DNA from: Eledone cirrhosa
Lineage: Eukaryota
Assembly: GCA_964016885.1 (NCBI GenBank)
Contig: OZ024752.1
Coordinates: 45,756,001-45,820,000 of the forward strand
DNA length: 64,000 nt
Reading direction: 5' to 3'
Position 1 is the stretch's first letter. Each line of letters starts with the position of its first letter. The translations under genes were made by a program, and so were the position numbers. Below the pieces are notes generated by a model that did no database searches, was not told where the DNA came from, and saw only the letters and a program-made list of their open reading frames with translations. Below are positions 42,610 through 58,356 of this stretch, one piece after another.

Positions 42610-43143
42610 AGAACAATAACAACAATGACAACAGTAACAGCAACAACAACTATAACAGCAACAGTAACAGCAACAACAATAACAACAGCAACAACAACTA
42701 TAACAACAGTAACAGTAACAGCAACAACAGTAACAGCAACAACAACTATAACAACAGCAACAACAACTATAACAACAGCAACAGTAACAGCAACAACAGC
42801 AACAATAACAACAGCAAAAACAACTATAACAACAGCAACAGTAACAGCAACAACAGCAACAATAACAACAGCAACAACAACTATAACAACAGCAACAGTA
42901 ACAGCAACAATAGTAACAACAATAATAACAACTACAATAGCAACAACAACAACAACAACAGCAACTGTAACAACAATAACAACAGCAATAACCGCAACAA
43001 CAACAACAACAACATTAACGATAACAACAGCAACAACAACAATAACAGTAACAACAGCAACAACTGTAACAACAACTGTAACAACAACCACAACAACCAC
43101 AACAACCACAACAACCACAACAATAACAACAACAACAGTAACA
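42610..43143. repeat. Mixed (ACA/GCA/ATA/GTA)n trinucleotide repeat
   Basis: Directly visible. Confidence 0.95.
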
Positions 43144-43150
43144 TATTAAA

Positions 43151-43475
43151 AATGTTTTCTGATTTAGGCACAAGGCCAACAATTTTTTGGGGGAAAAGAG
43201 AAAGTCGATTAAATCAACCCCAGTGCATCACTGGTACTTTATTTTATCGACCCCCGTAAGAATGAATGCAAATCTAACCTCAGCGGGATTTGAACTCATA
43301 GCGTAAAGGGACGTAACTACATGCTGAAAAGCATGCTGGCGCTCGACCAATTCTGCTGCCAATCCACTGCTGTTGATAATAATTGTTTCTACGTTAGGCA
43401 CAAGGCCAGCAATTACCCAGTGTATTACTGGTACTTTATTTTATCGACCCCGTAAGGATGAAAGGCAAAGTTAAC
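43151..43475 (-). mobile_element. One full and one partial copy of the major SINE family
   Basis: Reverse-complement matches at 43151-43370 and 43381-43475. Confidence 0.85.
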
Positions 43476-44566
43476 TGCTGTTGATAATAATACGAAAGAC
43501 CAAGCTTTAAGATATGCGAGTTTATATGTGTAAAGAGACGTGTAACCCTGGTTGAGTATTGCATTAGAACTACGTTTAGAAATTAATTTGGAAGAAAGAA
43601 TTATTTGGAAGTAAAACGAAAAAGTATTCAAAGCTACTCTGGTCATTTATTGTGTTTCTATTTGCATCACTTAACCCTACATTTCCTCAGTTCATCTAGC
43701 TACAGGGGGGAATAGGTAACATATCCTCATAGACATCTTGAATTTCACAGATGCAATGCTTAGAAGAGAACCAACCAAACAACAAGCTAACCAAACCAAT
43801 CGACCAAAAGCTGTCTTTCAATGTATTACCGTATATTCTATTATCTCAATTTTATTCGATTCTACATAACAATATATAATGGAATATTTGCTGTTAACGA
43901 CAAAGCTAAATAAATGCTCGGTTTTGTAAGGGACCAATTTTCCTGATACAGATACACAAAGAAAATATTAGAAGGAACAATATCCTGGAAGTATCCACAG
44001 TGGGGAACAAAGTATCAAAGTCCAAGATAGAAATGGAAAGTTCTCGATGGCAGCTGATTTTATTGATCATTGATCAAAGACCCTTAATTATATTTTATAC
44101 CTGTTTGTAAAATATTCCAAGCAGATAATACAGTTAATTGCAAGCTATTCAGGAAGCCTCTCTTGTTATTAGTTCGCTCTGCCAGACAAACATAATAACT
44201 AAAGTAACTGCAAAAGTTGCGATGTTAAAAGCCGAACAGAAAATGTAATACAGATGGTTTATAAATATCTATCTATATATATATAGTACTAAAACTCTGT
44301 GATCGTGGTTTTGTCTGTAATTTAATTGTTTCTACTTTAGGCACAAGGCCAGCAATTACCCAGTGCATTAATGGTACTTTTTGTCTGTAATTTAATACAA
44401 CCAAAACGGCGCATAAGGGGAAAATAAAGGAAGTTGCCCCTGAAAAAGGAATACAAATGGAATAAACATCGGAGCACGAGTTCCCGAGATACGGGGTTTT
44501 TTCAGGTACATTCATAAATAGAGAGAGAGAAAGGTAGAAAGAGATAGTGGTGTGAGAGTGTAGATT

Positions 44567-44601
<35 letters not shown>

Positions 44602-44659
44602 AGACAGAGAAGGAAAATGGAAGAGGAAGAGAGCTGGTGGTTTTGTTGAATGAAATATC

Positions 44660-44740
<81 letters not shown>

Positions 44741-44984
44741 TGATTATTTCAAGGTTATTTTTAAGTGAACATGACCCAACGGGTCACGAGTGGTCTAGTA
44801 CTATCTAGAAGTAAAACTTCAATGAGATACTGTTAATACAGCCGAGGTTAACTTTGCCTTTCATCCTTACGGTAAAATAAAGTACCAGTAATACACTGGG
44901 ATAATTGGTGGTCTTGTGCCAAAAGTAGAAACAATTATTTTATTTATGATTTCTAATTCAGGCATATGGCGACCAATTAGCAGA

Positions 44985-45278
44985 GTCGTTCTAGATACTC
45001 GAATAACGGAAAATGCTGCTCATGAAATTTATATGCGAGTGTCTGAGCATTCCCCAGAAACGTGCTAACCCTAACACAGTTCTCAAGGAAATTCAGTGTG
45101 TCACTGAGTGTGTGACAATAGTGTGTTTTTTTTGTTTTAGTTACAGGTACAACTGATTTTGGCCTTGAGCAACGGGTGCGTTAAGTATCTTGCTCAAGAA
45201 CACAGAGCGCCGGCGGAAATCGATATCACGACTTTACGATTGTGAGTTAAACTCCCTATCAAAGTGTCACGCGCCCTA
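44985..45278 (-). mobile_element. Degenerate tRNA-derived SINE (third family)
   Basis: Core TCTTGCTCAAGAACAC and a degenerate head. Related segments lie at about 26805-27100 and 55580-55760. Confidence 0.55.
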
Positions 45279-45405
45279 ACAATATTATACTACACTTCTT
45301 TCTATAAAAAACCCCAGAAAACTAAGAGAACATTAAACCATAGAAGCTATATTGAATTAAAAATTAAGAAACGAGTTTAAAAAAAAAATATATATATATA
45401 TATAA

Positions 45406-45495
<90 letters not shown>

Positions 45496-45513
45496 TTATA
45501 TATATATATATAT

Positions 45514-45551
<38 letters not shown>

Positions 45552-46070
45552 AGAGTGAGAGTGAGAGAGAGAGAGAGAGAAAGTGATAGAGAGAGACATA
45601 TATATGTGACACATATATATATATATATATATATATTGTGTATATATATTTATATATATACAGTATATATGTGTGTGTGTATGTATTATCGCTCTAATCT
45701 TTTTTCATGCACTATTTAGTTCCCTCTACAACATCTACCCCTTAAAAAAACCTGTGCCAACCATTTTTGTTATCCCCTATCGAAAAAAACAACCACAACC
45801 ACTTGCACGTACACACCAGCCATACACTACACCTCACAGACACTACACCACACACACACTACACCATACACTACACCACACACGCTACACCACCCCATAC
45901 AGCCTTATTAGTCACTCGTTTCAACCTTAAACAGTTGTAACCATATTAACAACACGTTCCTAATTTCGTTAAGAATCTGTTTTGTAGAAAAAACAAACAC
46001 AAAAATCTAATCTCACACATACAATGAAGAATAAACACACAGAAACATGCAAACACTTAGATTCACGCGT

Positions 46071-46148
<78 letters not shown>

Positions 46149-46187
46149 GCACACACACACACATATATTTACATACATATATATATT

Positions 46188-46219
<32 letters not shown>

Positions 46220-46360
46220 CATACATATATATATAACATATATATATACATGCATATATATACATATATATAAATAAATACATACATATATATACATATA
46301 TATACATACATTTATATATATATATACATATACATACATATATATATATATATATACACA

Positions 46361-46402
<42 letters not shown>

Positions 46403-46475
46403 CACACACACACACATATATATATACACACACACACACACATATATATATACACACACACACACATATATATAT

Positions 46476-46538
<63 letters not shown>

Positions 46539-46551
46539 CACACACACAACC

Positions 46552-46582
<31 letters not shown>

Positions 46583-47264
46583 GTCCCTGAAGAAAGCTAC
46601 TCAAAGAAACCATCTTGTTTTCTAAAGTTTTTCACCACAGGTGAAGACATTAAAAATATATCTTTCACCAATTGCAACATCAAAGATTAAGTAACAAATA
46701 CTGCATTTCTTATTGTTTGTTCTTCTTGTCATTGTTGCTGTCAGTTTTGTTTCTCTTCTTGTTATTGTTGTTTTAGTTGTTATTATTGTTTTAGTTGTTT
46801 TTGTCATTTTATTTATAGTAGCTGTTATGCGCATTTTTTTATCCAAGTTCTCATGACAATCTATGTTGTTATACGTTATAGTTGTCGTGTTTGCTACTGT
46901 TGCCATTGTTAAGGTATGCTTAATATTCTTTCCCCCACCCCTTCTCTCTCTCTATATATATATATATATTTTCCCCCCAATCTATATCTATCTATCTATC
47001 CATCCATCTATCTATCTCTCTCTATATATATATCTATATATATTTTCTCCCCCCTCCCTCTCTCTATCTATCCATCTGTCTATCTATCTATATATCTATA
47101 TATATATATTCTCCCCCCTCTCTCTCTATCTATCCATCTGTCTATCTATCTATCTATCTATCTATATATATATATATATTCTCCTCCCTCTCTCTATATC
47201 TATCTATCTATCTATATATCTATATATATATATATTTCTCCTCACTATCTATCTATATATACTT

Positions 47265-47336
<72 letters not shown>

Positions 47337-47662
47337 CAATACATAGTTCAATGCAATTCTTAGTCCCAATTCTCCCCCACAGTTCCGCAATTCCCACCTT
47401 ACCTATCTATTTGTTAAGGTTACTTCAAAGCAGTTTTCACAAACAACGTGAAACCACCCAGTTTAAAATGGCTGCTTTAAAGTAAAACAAATTTTTGTGT
47501 GTATGTTTTTTCCATCTTCCTATTCCTCTTCTAGTAATAAACATATGTCAAAAGTTGTGCAAGATATCCAACCAATTATTTTCTATTGCTTTAAGTGCGG
47601 CAATCAAAATATTTCCCTTGTATTTCAGTCTTGCAAACAGGTTGTTGTGAGTTGTAAATAAT

Positions 47663-48145
47663 AGTTTCTGATTTCGGTACTCAAGGCCAACAACTTTTGT
47701 GTGTGTGTGGTGGGAAGGGAAAAGTCGATTAAATCGACCCCAGGGTATTACTGGTGGTTTATTTTTATTTTTTTGTCAAGGAGGAGACAATTAAGTCGAC
47801 TCCAGTGCATTACTGGTACTTAATTTGGGGGTGGGGGTGGGAGGAGACAATTAAATCGACCCCAGTGCATTACTGATGCTTTATTTTTTGTGGGGGTGGG
47901 ATGAGTCGATTAAATCGACCTCAGTGCATTACTGGTACTTTATTTTTTTTGGGGGGGGGGAGTAGTTAATTAAATTGACCCCCAGGGTATTACTAGTGCT
48001 TTATTTTTGGGAGGGAGGAAAGTCGATTAAATCGACCCAGTGTATTACTGGTACTTCATTTTATCGACCCAGTAAGGATGAAAGTCAAAGATAAACCTTG
48101 GTGGGATTTGAACTCGGAACATAAATGGCCATAACACTATGCTGT
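47663..48145 (-). mobile_element. Major-family SINE with an internal segment of about 60 bp tandemly amplified about 6 times
   Basis: Repeated GTCGATTAAATCGACCCCAGTGCATTACTGGTACTTTATTT units between the SINE tail (47663) and head (48145). Confidence 0.85.
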
Positions 48146-48470
48146 AATAGAAAACGACTGCAACAAAAACCTGTAGTAAGAAATGAAATATAACCGATTA
48201 ACACCCTGAAACCCAATATAAAGTGGAACCTCCCTAAGAGACAACCCGAACTCCACAAAAAACAATGATATTAAACAAACAAGTTTGACCTGTGTAATGT
48301 AATACTGACATCTTGTTTATATAATATACTCATCAATGTATCTATAAGATATTGTTGAGATTTTTACTGCTGCTATAATAAAACAACATACTACAGCCTC
48401 CACTAGCAATAGAGTATGACTTAGTAGAAGGTACCATGCTTATTATAAAGTTGTGGGTTTTTTTTTAATA

Positions 48471-48830
48471 CCCTTTAGCATTTAAACCGGCTGTATCCGG
48501 CCAGAATTCTCACCTCTTTCTGTTCAAACCGGCTGTAACTGGCCACTCATACCTATGTTAAGGCATTGTTCTCAAAATAAATAATTGTTTCTACTTTTGG
48601 CATAATTGTTTCTGCTTTGAAGCATAGAGTTATGGCCCTTTGCGTTCTGAGTTTAAATCCCACCGAGGTTAACTTTGCTTTTCATCCTTAGGGGATCGAT
48701 AAAATAAAGTACCTGTAATGCACTGGGGTAATTGATGGCTTCGTGCCAAAAGTAGAAACAATTATTATACTGGTATTTGGAGCATAACTTAACAAAGGTT
48801 CTTACATAAAATTATGATGGAAGGTTTCCT
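48471..48830. mobile_element. piggyBac-like MITE copy interrupted by a SINE (about 48582-48768)
   Basis: Starts CCCTTTAGCATTTAAACCG like 11623. Similarity breaks at AAAATAAATAAT, where SINE sequence begins. Confidence 0.7.
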
Positions 48831-49631
48831 TTAGATAAATATAACGACTTTGTAAAAAAAATAAACACCTTTGTGACATAGAATCAATGGCACTTTCTAG
48901 CGATTTGAAATACTAATCGAAATATTTCTTGCCAAACCACAAAATATGACAGCTTTTCAGATATCGCTGATCTTACTGAACTATATAAAAAACACAGCGT
49001 GGTATTTATTATCTTGGAGTCAACATCTCCCTAGAAATCTTTCATGCGAAACAAAAACCGGAAGGTTGTCATTTTCATAGTTCACGCATCCTTGAATTGC
49101 ACTTCAAGAATTTCCAACTGGAGAAGGAAATTGCTGTAGTGTCTAATGGTTGATATGTGTTATATAGAAATGAAGTGAGCATTTCAATAAAAACCTGACA
49201 GGTCGTTTCGATGGATCACACCTCCTTATGTTTATTTATACGTAAAGCAGAAAGTAACGCTTCAAGCAAAACAATATTTCGCACATAAATGCTGTTATCA
49301 AGCCATCCAGAGAGATATATTCTGATTAGAAAAGAGACCATTTATCCAGTTACAGCCTGCTGAATGAAAGTAATAAGCCAATTATGTACCACAGTGCCGT
49401 TGTTGTCTATGAAAACCCACCTGAAATTAGGTCAACATAACAAGCTGCCGATTGTCAGAATCTATAAACTGGTTGTCACCAACGACATTTTTATACCAGT
49501 CTCTTTCTGACTTCTGATCTTATTCTATCGCTGTTTGTCTCTGCTTTTTATCTCCTTTATAATTATTTTGTTTTTGTTTTTTTCTTTTATTTGCTCTCTC
49601 TCTCCACCACCTCTCTCTCTATATATATATC

Positions 49632-49668
<37 letters not shown>

Positions 49669-49700
49669 TAGATGAGATTATTTCTAAAACAAGATTATTG

Positions 49701-49750
49701 AAAACAATGTTTTAAAAAGCTCAATCAAACACTGTTGATAGACAACAATG

Positions 49751-49816
<66 letters not shown>

Positions 49817-49970
49817 CATACATATAATTATATATATATATATATAAAATTATATGTCTATATATATATATATATATATAAAATTATATGTCTATATATA
49901 TATATATATATATATATAATCATTGTTGTCTATCAACAGTGTTTGATTGACCTTTTTAAAACATTGTTTT
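49701..49970. repeat. Fold-back palindrome: arms of about 53 bp around a (TA)n-rich spacer
   Basis: AAAACAATGTTTTAAAAAGCTCAATCAAACACTGTTGATAGACAACAATGATT and its reverse complement, with one mismatch. Confidence 0.9.
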
Positions 49971-49973
49971 AAT

Positions 49974-50064
<91 letters not shown>

Positions 50065-50491
50065 GAATCCTATATTGCCAGGCATAATTATATATTCTCT
50101 ACATATTGCTATTGTTACTTAGCTTATCCTGTTCAACTGAAACATTGTTCTGTTGAACCAACTAAAAGATTTGCAAGGATATTTAAACACGTTGTCTTCT
50201 TAAGCAAAATATATTGTTTTCACATCTCTCTCTCTCCGTCTCTCCCCTTTCTCCCCTCCCCCCACTCTCTTTGTCTCTCTATCTCCACCTCTCTCTCTCT
50301 CTCTCAACTGAAATTGGTAAAGCTGGTGTTACGATAAAACGCACTCGGTCCATTCTCTAAATTGGTAGTGCAGGTACCACAAACACACACCAACACACAG
50401 ACACACACGCACACGCACACACACACACACACACACACGCACGTACACACACACACAGACACGCACGCACACACATACACACACACACACA

Positions 50492-50522
<31 letters not shown>

Positions 50523-50746
50523 TACAGAGTAGAGTCTGTAGTAGGATTGGCGTGAGGAAAGGCATCCAGCCGTAGAATCTGTGCTAAATATGGACACATT
50601 TCAGCAACCCCTCAAACCCATGCCAGTGTGGAAAACTGACGCAAAATGATAGAGATGATGATGATGATGATGACGAAATATAGTTTCCATTTGTTAATAT
50701 ATAATATAAAACGAAAACTCAGTGATGCATCTGGACTCAATTTAAC

Positions 50747-50838
50747 GTGTGTTACAATTGTTTCGCCGGCAGGTAGCTCGATACACGATCATTGTATGGA
50801 TCTGTCTGATTCTGGAACTGCAGGTTCGTCGGACACTC
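50747..50838 (-). ncRNA. Hammerhead-like motif with large stem II domain and core CCGACGA (divergent relative of family E)
   Basis: Minus strand reads GAGTGT CCGACGA ACCTGCAG...CTGCCGGC GAAA C AATT G TA ACACAC, with palindromic ACAATTGT stem III. U4 is changed to C. Confidence 0.6.
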
Positions 50839-50989
50839 CCAATAACTTCGTAACAAATATTCTCACTGGGGTTTTGGCTTCAAAAAACATCTTCCTCGCT
50901 TGTCCTGCTGTTGGCTGTTATTTTCCTACGTCATCATGAATTCTGGCCAATATTTGCTGCCATACTGCCCATATATATATATATATGTG

Positions 50990-51087
<98 letters not shown>

Positions 51088-51096
51088 CATATATAC

Positions 51097-51183
<87 letters not shown>

Positions 51184-51199
51184 TATGTATATATATACA

Positions 51200-51370
<171 letters not shown>

Positions 51371-51372
51371 AT

Positions 51373-51447
<75 letters not shown>

Positions 51448-51483
51448 TATATATATGTATATGTATATGTATATATATATATG

Positions 51484-51561
<78 letters not shown>

Positions 51562-51589
51562 CATATACATATACATATATATATATTTT

Positions 51590-51745
<156 letters not shown>

Positions 51746-52209
51746 TGAATTAGTTGTGTGTATTGTTTAGGTGAAGTAACAAAGAACAGAAGACTGTTTG
51801 TGTGGTGAATTGTAGGATAAACTAGAAAGCATTGTAAACAATAAGACAGGTGTGGATACACTACGACATATACCTGAATATTTTAATAGGATTCGTGACA
51901 GCAATTGGCTTGTATGAACTGCGTTGTCGCTGTAATGGGGGCTAGATTTAGACCTTGGGGGAGTGGGGAGCACTTCAGGCTTGGGGGACCCGGAGCAATT
52001 CAGGTTTGGGAAGCCCTGAGTAATTCATGTTTGGGAGGCCCAAATTCTGCTCTGAAGATCTCATAAGTCCTTTGTTAACTTCGGTGGAAATTCATCGATG
52101 GCGATTGTCAAACTGATCTAAAGTTGTAATGTGTTGGTGTATGTTTACGATTATGGAGTGTATGTTATGAGGGAGATTTGTCTGGTATTTCTAGCAAGTT
52201 GATATATCC

Positions 52210-52268
<59 letters not shown>

Positions 52269-52357
52269 AGTAGTAGAGCACTCAGTCCATGGGACGAGTT
52301 TGGTAGAAGTAGTAACACAATTGTTAGTTCACCAGTGACCTAACTGTTGTGTTACTA

Positions 52358-52729
<372 letters not shown>

Positions 52730-52760
52730 TCTCATTTGTTCAGAGAGTAATAAATTAATA

Positions 52761-52940
52761 AATGTTTCTACTTTTGGCACAAGGCCAGCAATTATCCCAG
52801 TACATTACTGGTACTTTGTTTTATCAACCCCGTAAGGATGAAAGGCAAAGTTAACCTCGGTGGGATTTGAACTCTGGCCGTAAAGGGACGTAACTATGCT
52901 GGAAAGCATGGCGTCCGACTCTCTACCGATGCTGCCAATC
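52761..52940 (-). mobile_element. tRNA-derived SINE (major family)
   Basis: Reverse-complement match to the family consensus. Confidence 0.9.
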
Positions 52941-53283
52941 GAGAGAGCAATAAAAGTTTAAAAGGTGAAAGCAAACAGTGAATCCACAATATGGCTGTTG
53001 TTGGTATATAACGAAATAAAAATGGTATATAAGTATAGTTTTTCAAATGTAACAATCACTACAAGTAGTTATATAAATGAAATGTAATGCACCTTACACT
53101 CTGGTGCACACAAACAGATCTATGTTCATCCCGAATCAAATGAAATTTACTCAACTGTACACAATAACAAGCGCTGAGTTACTAACCCATATTATTGATA
53201 TTTTCTTTATGGTCACATTATTGAGGCGGGAGTGGCAAATTATAGATTTTACTGGAGTCTTTTCTCTGTCTGTCTTGTGGGTG

Positions 53284-53353
<70 letters not shown>

Positions 53354-53704
53354 CTCTCTCTCTCTCTCTCTCTTGGTCTCTCTCGGTTTCTCTCTCTCTC
53401 TCTCTCTCTCTCTTGGTCTCTCTCTCGGTCTCTCTCTCGCCCCCCTCTCTCTCTCTTGGTCTCTCTCTCGGTCTCTCTCTCTATCTCCCCCCCCTCTCTC
53501 TCTTGGTCTCTCTCTCGGTCTCTCTCTCTCGCCCCCCCTCTCTCTCGGTCTCTCTCTCTATCTCCCCCCCTCTCTCTCGGTCTATCTCTCTATCGCCCCC
53601 CCCCCCTCTCTCTTGGTCTCTCTCTCGGTCTCTCTCTCTCTCTCTTGGTCTCTCTCTCGGTCTCTCTCTCTCTCTCGCCCCCTCTCTCTCTCTCTCTCTC
53701 TCTT

Positions 53705-53747
<43 letters not shown>

Positions 53748-53752
53748 CCCTC

Positions 53753-53784
<32 letters not shown>

Positions 53785-54115
53785 GTTCACTTTGTAGTGC
53801 GCGCACACACACACACATATATATGCATAAATGCATATGCATACGCACGCACAAACATATATATATATGTGTGTGTGCGTGTGTGTGTGTGCATACATAC
53901 ATCCACACATACACACATACACACATACATGCATCCATGAACACATAGATTCACACACATACATACATACATCACATACACATACATAGATACACACATA
54001 CACACACACACACACACATACACATACCTGTTTAACCGTATCTCTAACTATCATTCTGTCTTTGTCTATCTAAAGAAAAATTATGTGCTTGGTTGGATAA
54101 AGGTATATCACCATG

Positions 54116-54207
<92 letters not shown>

Positions 54208-54219
54208 TATATATATGTG

Positions 54220-54251
<32 letters not shown>

Positions 54252-54254
54252 GTG

Positions 54255-54453
<199 letters not shown>

Positions 54454-54454
54454 A

Positions 54455-54514
<60 letters not shown>

Positions 54515-55100
54515 AGGCAGAAATAGTAGAGTCGTTAGAACGTTAGCTAGAATGGTAGAGTGGTTATAACGTCAGATAGAATGGTAGAGTGGTTATAACG
54601 TCAGATAGAATGGTAGAGTGGTTATAACGTCAGATAGAATGGTAGAGTGGTTATAACGTCAGATAGAATGGTAGAGTGGTTATAACGTCAGATAGAATAG
54701 TAGAGTGGTTATAACGTCAGATAGAATAATAGAGTGGTTATAACGTCAGATAGAATAGTAGAGTGGTTATAACGTCAGATAGAATGGTAGAGTGGTTAGA
54801 ACGTCAGATAGAATAGTAGAGTGGTTATAACGTCAGATAGAATGGTAGAGTGGTTATAACGTCAGATAGAATGGTAGAGTGGTTATAACGTCAGATAGAA
54901 TGGTAGAGTCGTTAGAACGTCAGATAGAATGGTAGAGTCGTTAGAACGTCAGATAGAATGGTAGAGTCGTTAGAACGTCAGATAGAATGGTAGAGTCGTT
55001 AGAACGTCAGATAGAATGGTGGAGTGGTTAGAACCTCAGATAGAATGGTAGAGTGGTTAGAACGTCAGATAGAATGGTAGAGTCGTTAGAGCGTCAGATA
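54515..55100 (+). repeat. 29-bp tandem repeat (about 20 copies) derived from a SINE head
   Basis: Unit CAGATAGAATGGTAGAGTGGTTATAACGT. It runs directly into the SINE body TTCTCTGAGTTTAAAACCAACCGAGGTCAACTTTACCTTTCATCC (55100-55200). Confidence 0.9.
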
Positions 55101-55990
55101 TTTGTTCCGACTTCTCTGAGTTTAAAACCAACCGAGGTCAACTTTACCTTTCATCCTTTCGAGGTCGATAAACAAAGTAGCAGTTTAGTACTGGGGTCTA
55201 TTCTTCCTCGGTATCTTTTTCTCATTTCCTCTCTCTCACTTTCTATCTTTCTCTGGAAGAAACCTGCTGCACTGAGGCCTGGAGAGAGGTGGGCTCCACC
55301 AGGCTTAAAAAGGCCTAAGAAACGCCGCCGAATGTCAATACGGCGCCCCTACGTACGACTCTATCAGGAATTAGGGAGCCATACATAAATATATATTAGA
55401 AGTACATATACTAAAGCAATCACTCACTGTCGATTGAAACAACTGGAACAACTTTCGTCGTCGAAACTGACGGAGGTCCATCCTACAAAACTGTAGTTAT
55501 ATTGATATCAAATTTACTGTGATTGATTTTACGGTTGAATGAAGGGTTATATTTTTTACATATTCTGCTCATCAATGTGTGAAGTGGCAGAGTATCTCAC
55601 ATATACATTACCTTTACCTTTAACATAATTTTCAGGGAGATTCGGTCTGACACACTGCCTGACAAGTTTGGTCCTTTGAACTACAGGTGCAGTCGGGCCG
55701 ATGGGTTTTCCGTCTACCTAGTTTCACTTACAAAACCGATACAGCTAACCCACTGCCCTTATCTAAAACAATAACAATAATTGGGGCCAAACAGGGCAAC
55801 ATAATTTACTATAAACATAGAAGACAGCGTGGATTCAGTTAGATTTTGTCTCGCTCAGATTTTTGTCTAAAATTACTTCAATTTCCGGAACATAAGTCAA
55901 GGTTTTTATTTCAATATAAGATTACAGGTTAAATAAAGTAAAAATAGACTAAACTAGATTTGGTTAACTATAATATGCAGATAACTATAA

Positions 55991-56313
55991 CTGTTTCTAC
56001 TTTTGGTATAAGGCCAGCAATAACCCAGTGTATTACTGGTACTTTATTTTATCGACCTCATAAGGATGAAAGGCAAATATTGAACTATTAATAATAATTA
56101 ACTATTATTATAGTTAACTATAAGGGCGGTGGAATGCCAGTATCGGTAGAGAGTCGGACACCATGCTTTGAAGCATAGAGTTACGTCCCTTTATGATCTG
56201 AGTTCAAATCCCGCCGAGGTTAACTTTGCCTTTCATCCTCACGGGGTCGATAAAATAAAGTACCAGCAATGTACTGGGTAATTGCTGGCCTTGTGCCCAA
56301 AATAGAAACAATT
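55991..56313. mobile_element. Inverted pair of major-family SINEs (partial minus 55991-56078, full plus 56123-56313)
   Basis: Consensus matches on both strands; TAGTTAACTATAA-like sequence at the junctions. Confidence 0.85.
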
Positions 56314-56629
56314 ATAGTTAACTATAATAATTATGATTCTAAAGGTAAGAAAAAAAGGGGTTAAAACCCTATCAAGTTCCACCCTGCTTTCTCCTCCTTC
56401 TTGCTCTGGGGTCAACTACAACTCTAAAACAACAACAACAACAACTCTAACAACAACAACACCAACAACAACTCATCACATTAAATATATTCTTTCCTCA
56501 AATGCTACAAAATGTCTGTCACAACAATCTGTCCATTAGGAAAGATACTATAAACATTTGAATTGACTGGTTTCAGGATGTTGAGAGTTAAACTGTCGAA
56601 CGAAACTGTTTACAGTTGTACATGTCTTA

Positions 56630-57140
<511 letters not shown>

Positions 57141-57233
57141 CATCAAAAGCGTATAAAAACAATTTAAAAAATGTATATAAAAAAAACAAGAGAAAGCAAA
57201 TATCCTGGTTATCTTTGGTGGAGAGAAACAACA

Positions 57234-58203
57234 ACATGGAGACATGGAGGGATGGAGACATGGAGGGATGGAAACATGGAGAGATGGAAACATGGAGGGA
57301 TGGAAACATGGAGAGATGGAAACATGGAGGGATGGAAACATGGAGAGATGGAAACATGGAGGGATGGAGACATGGAGGAATGAAGACATGGAGAGATGGA
57401 AACATGGAGTGATGGAAACATGGAGGGCTGGAGACATGGAGGAATGGAGACATGGAGGAATGGAGACATGGAGAGATGGAAACATGGAGAGATGGAAACA
57501 TGGAGGGATGGAAACATGGAGGGATGGAAACATGGAGGGATGGAAACATGGAGGGATGGAGACATGGAGGAATGGAGACATCGAAACATGGAGGAATGGA
57601 GACATGGAGGGATGGAAACATGGAGAGATGGAGACATGGAGAGATGGAGACATGGAGAGATGGAAACATGGAGGAATGGAGACATGGAGAGATGGAAACA
57701 TGGAGGGATGGAGACATGGAGAGATGAAACATGGAGGGATGGAGACATGGAGGGATGGAGACATGGAGAGATGGAGAGATGGAGACATGGAGAGATGGAA
57801 ACATGGAGGGATGGAGACATGGAGAGATGGAGACATGGAGAGATGGAAACATGGAGGGATGGAAACATGGAGGGATGGAGACATGGAGGGATGGAAACAT
57901 GGAGGAATGGAAACATGGAGGGATGGAGACATGGAGAGATGGAAACATGGAGGGATGGAGACATGGAGAGATGGAGACATGGAGAAATGGAAACATGGAG
58001 GGATGGAGACATGGAGAGATGGAGACATGGAGAGATGGAAACATGGAGGGATGGAAACATGGAGGGATGGAGACATGGAGGGATGGAAACATGGAGGGAT
58101 GGAGACATGGAGAGATGGAAACATGGAGAGATGGAAACAGGGAGGGATGGAGACATGGAGACATGGAGGGATGGAGACATGGAGAGATGGAAACATGGAG
58201 GAG
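57234..58203. repeat. 16-bp purine-rich minisatellite (ATGGARACATGGAGRG)n, about 60 copies
   Basis: Dimer of ATGGA-based 8-mers, with strong strand asymmetry. Confidence 0.95.
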
Positions 58204-58273
58204 GAATTGAGAAATATTGAATAAACACCAACACAGAAACTACTACTGCTATATATATAATATATATATATAT

Positions 58274-58356
<83 letters not shown>

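Noticed and set aside
42460-43149. Mucin-like Thr-rich ORF
   Set aside because: Degenerate (ACA)n microsatellite next to a SINE tail, with no signal peptide or splice support.
46567-46605. CTGAAGA...GAAAC spacing like a hammerhead
   Set aside because: Stem II and stem I cannot be paired.
50646-50939. Complex-sequence ORF as a possible exon
   Set aside because: No recognisable domain or splice context; the region is better explained by the minus-strand hammerhead-bearing repeat.
52051-52112. CTGAAGA...GAAA candidate
   Set aside because: No convincing stem II or stem I pairing.
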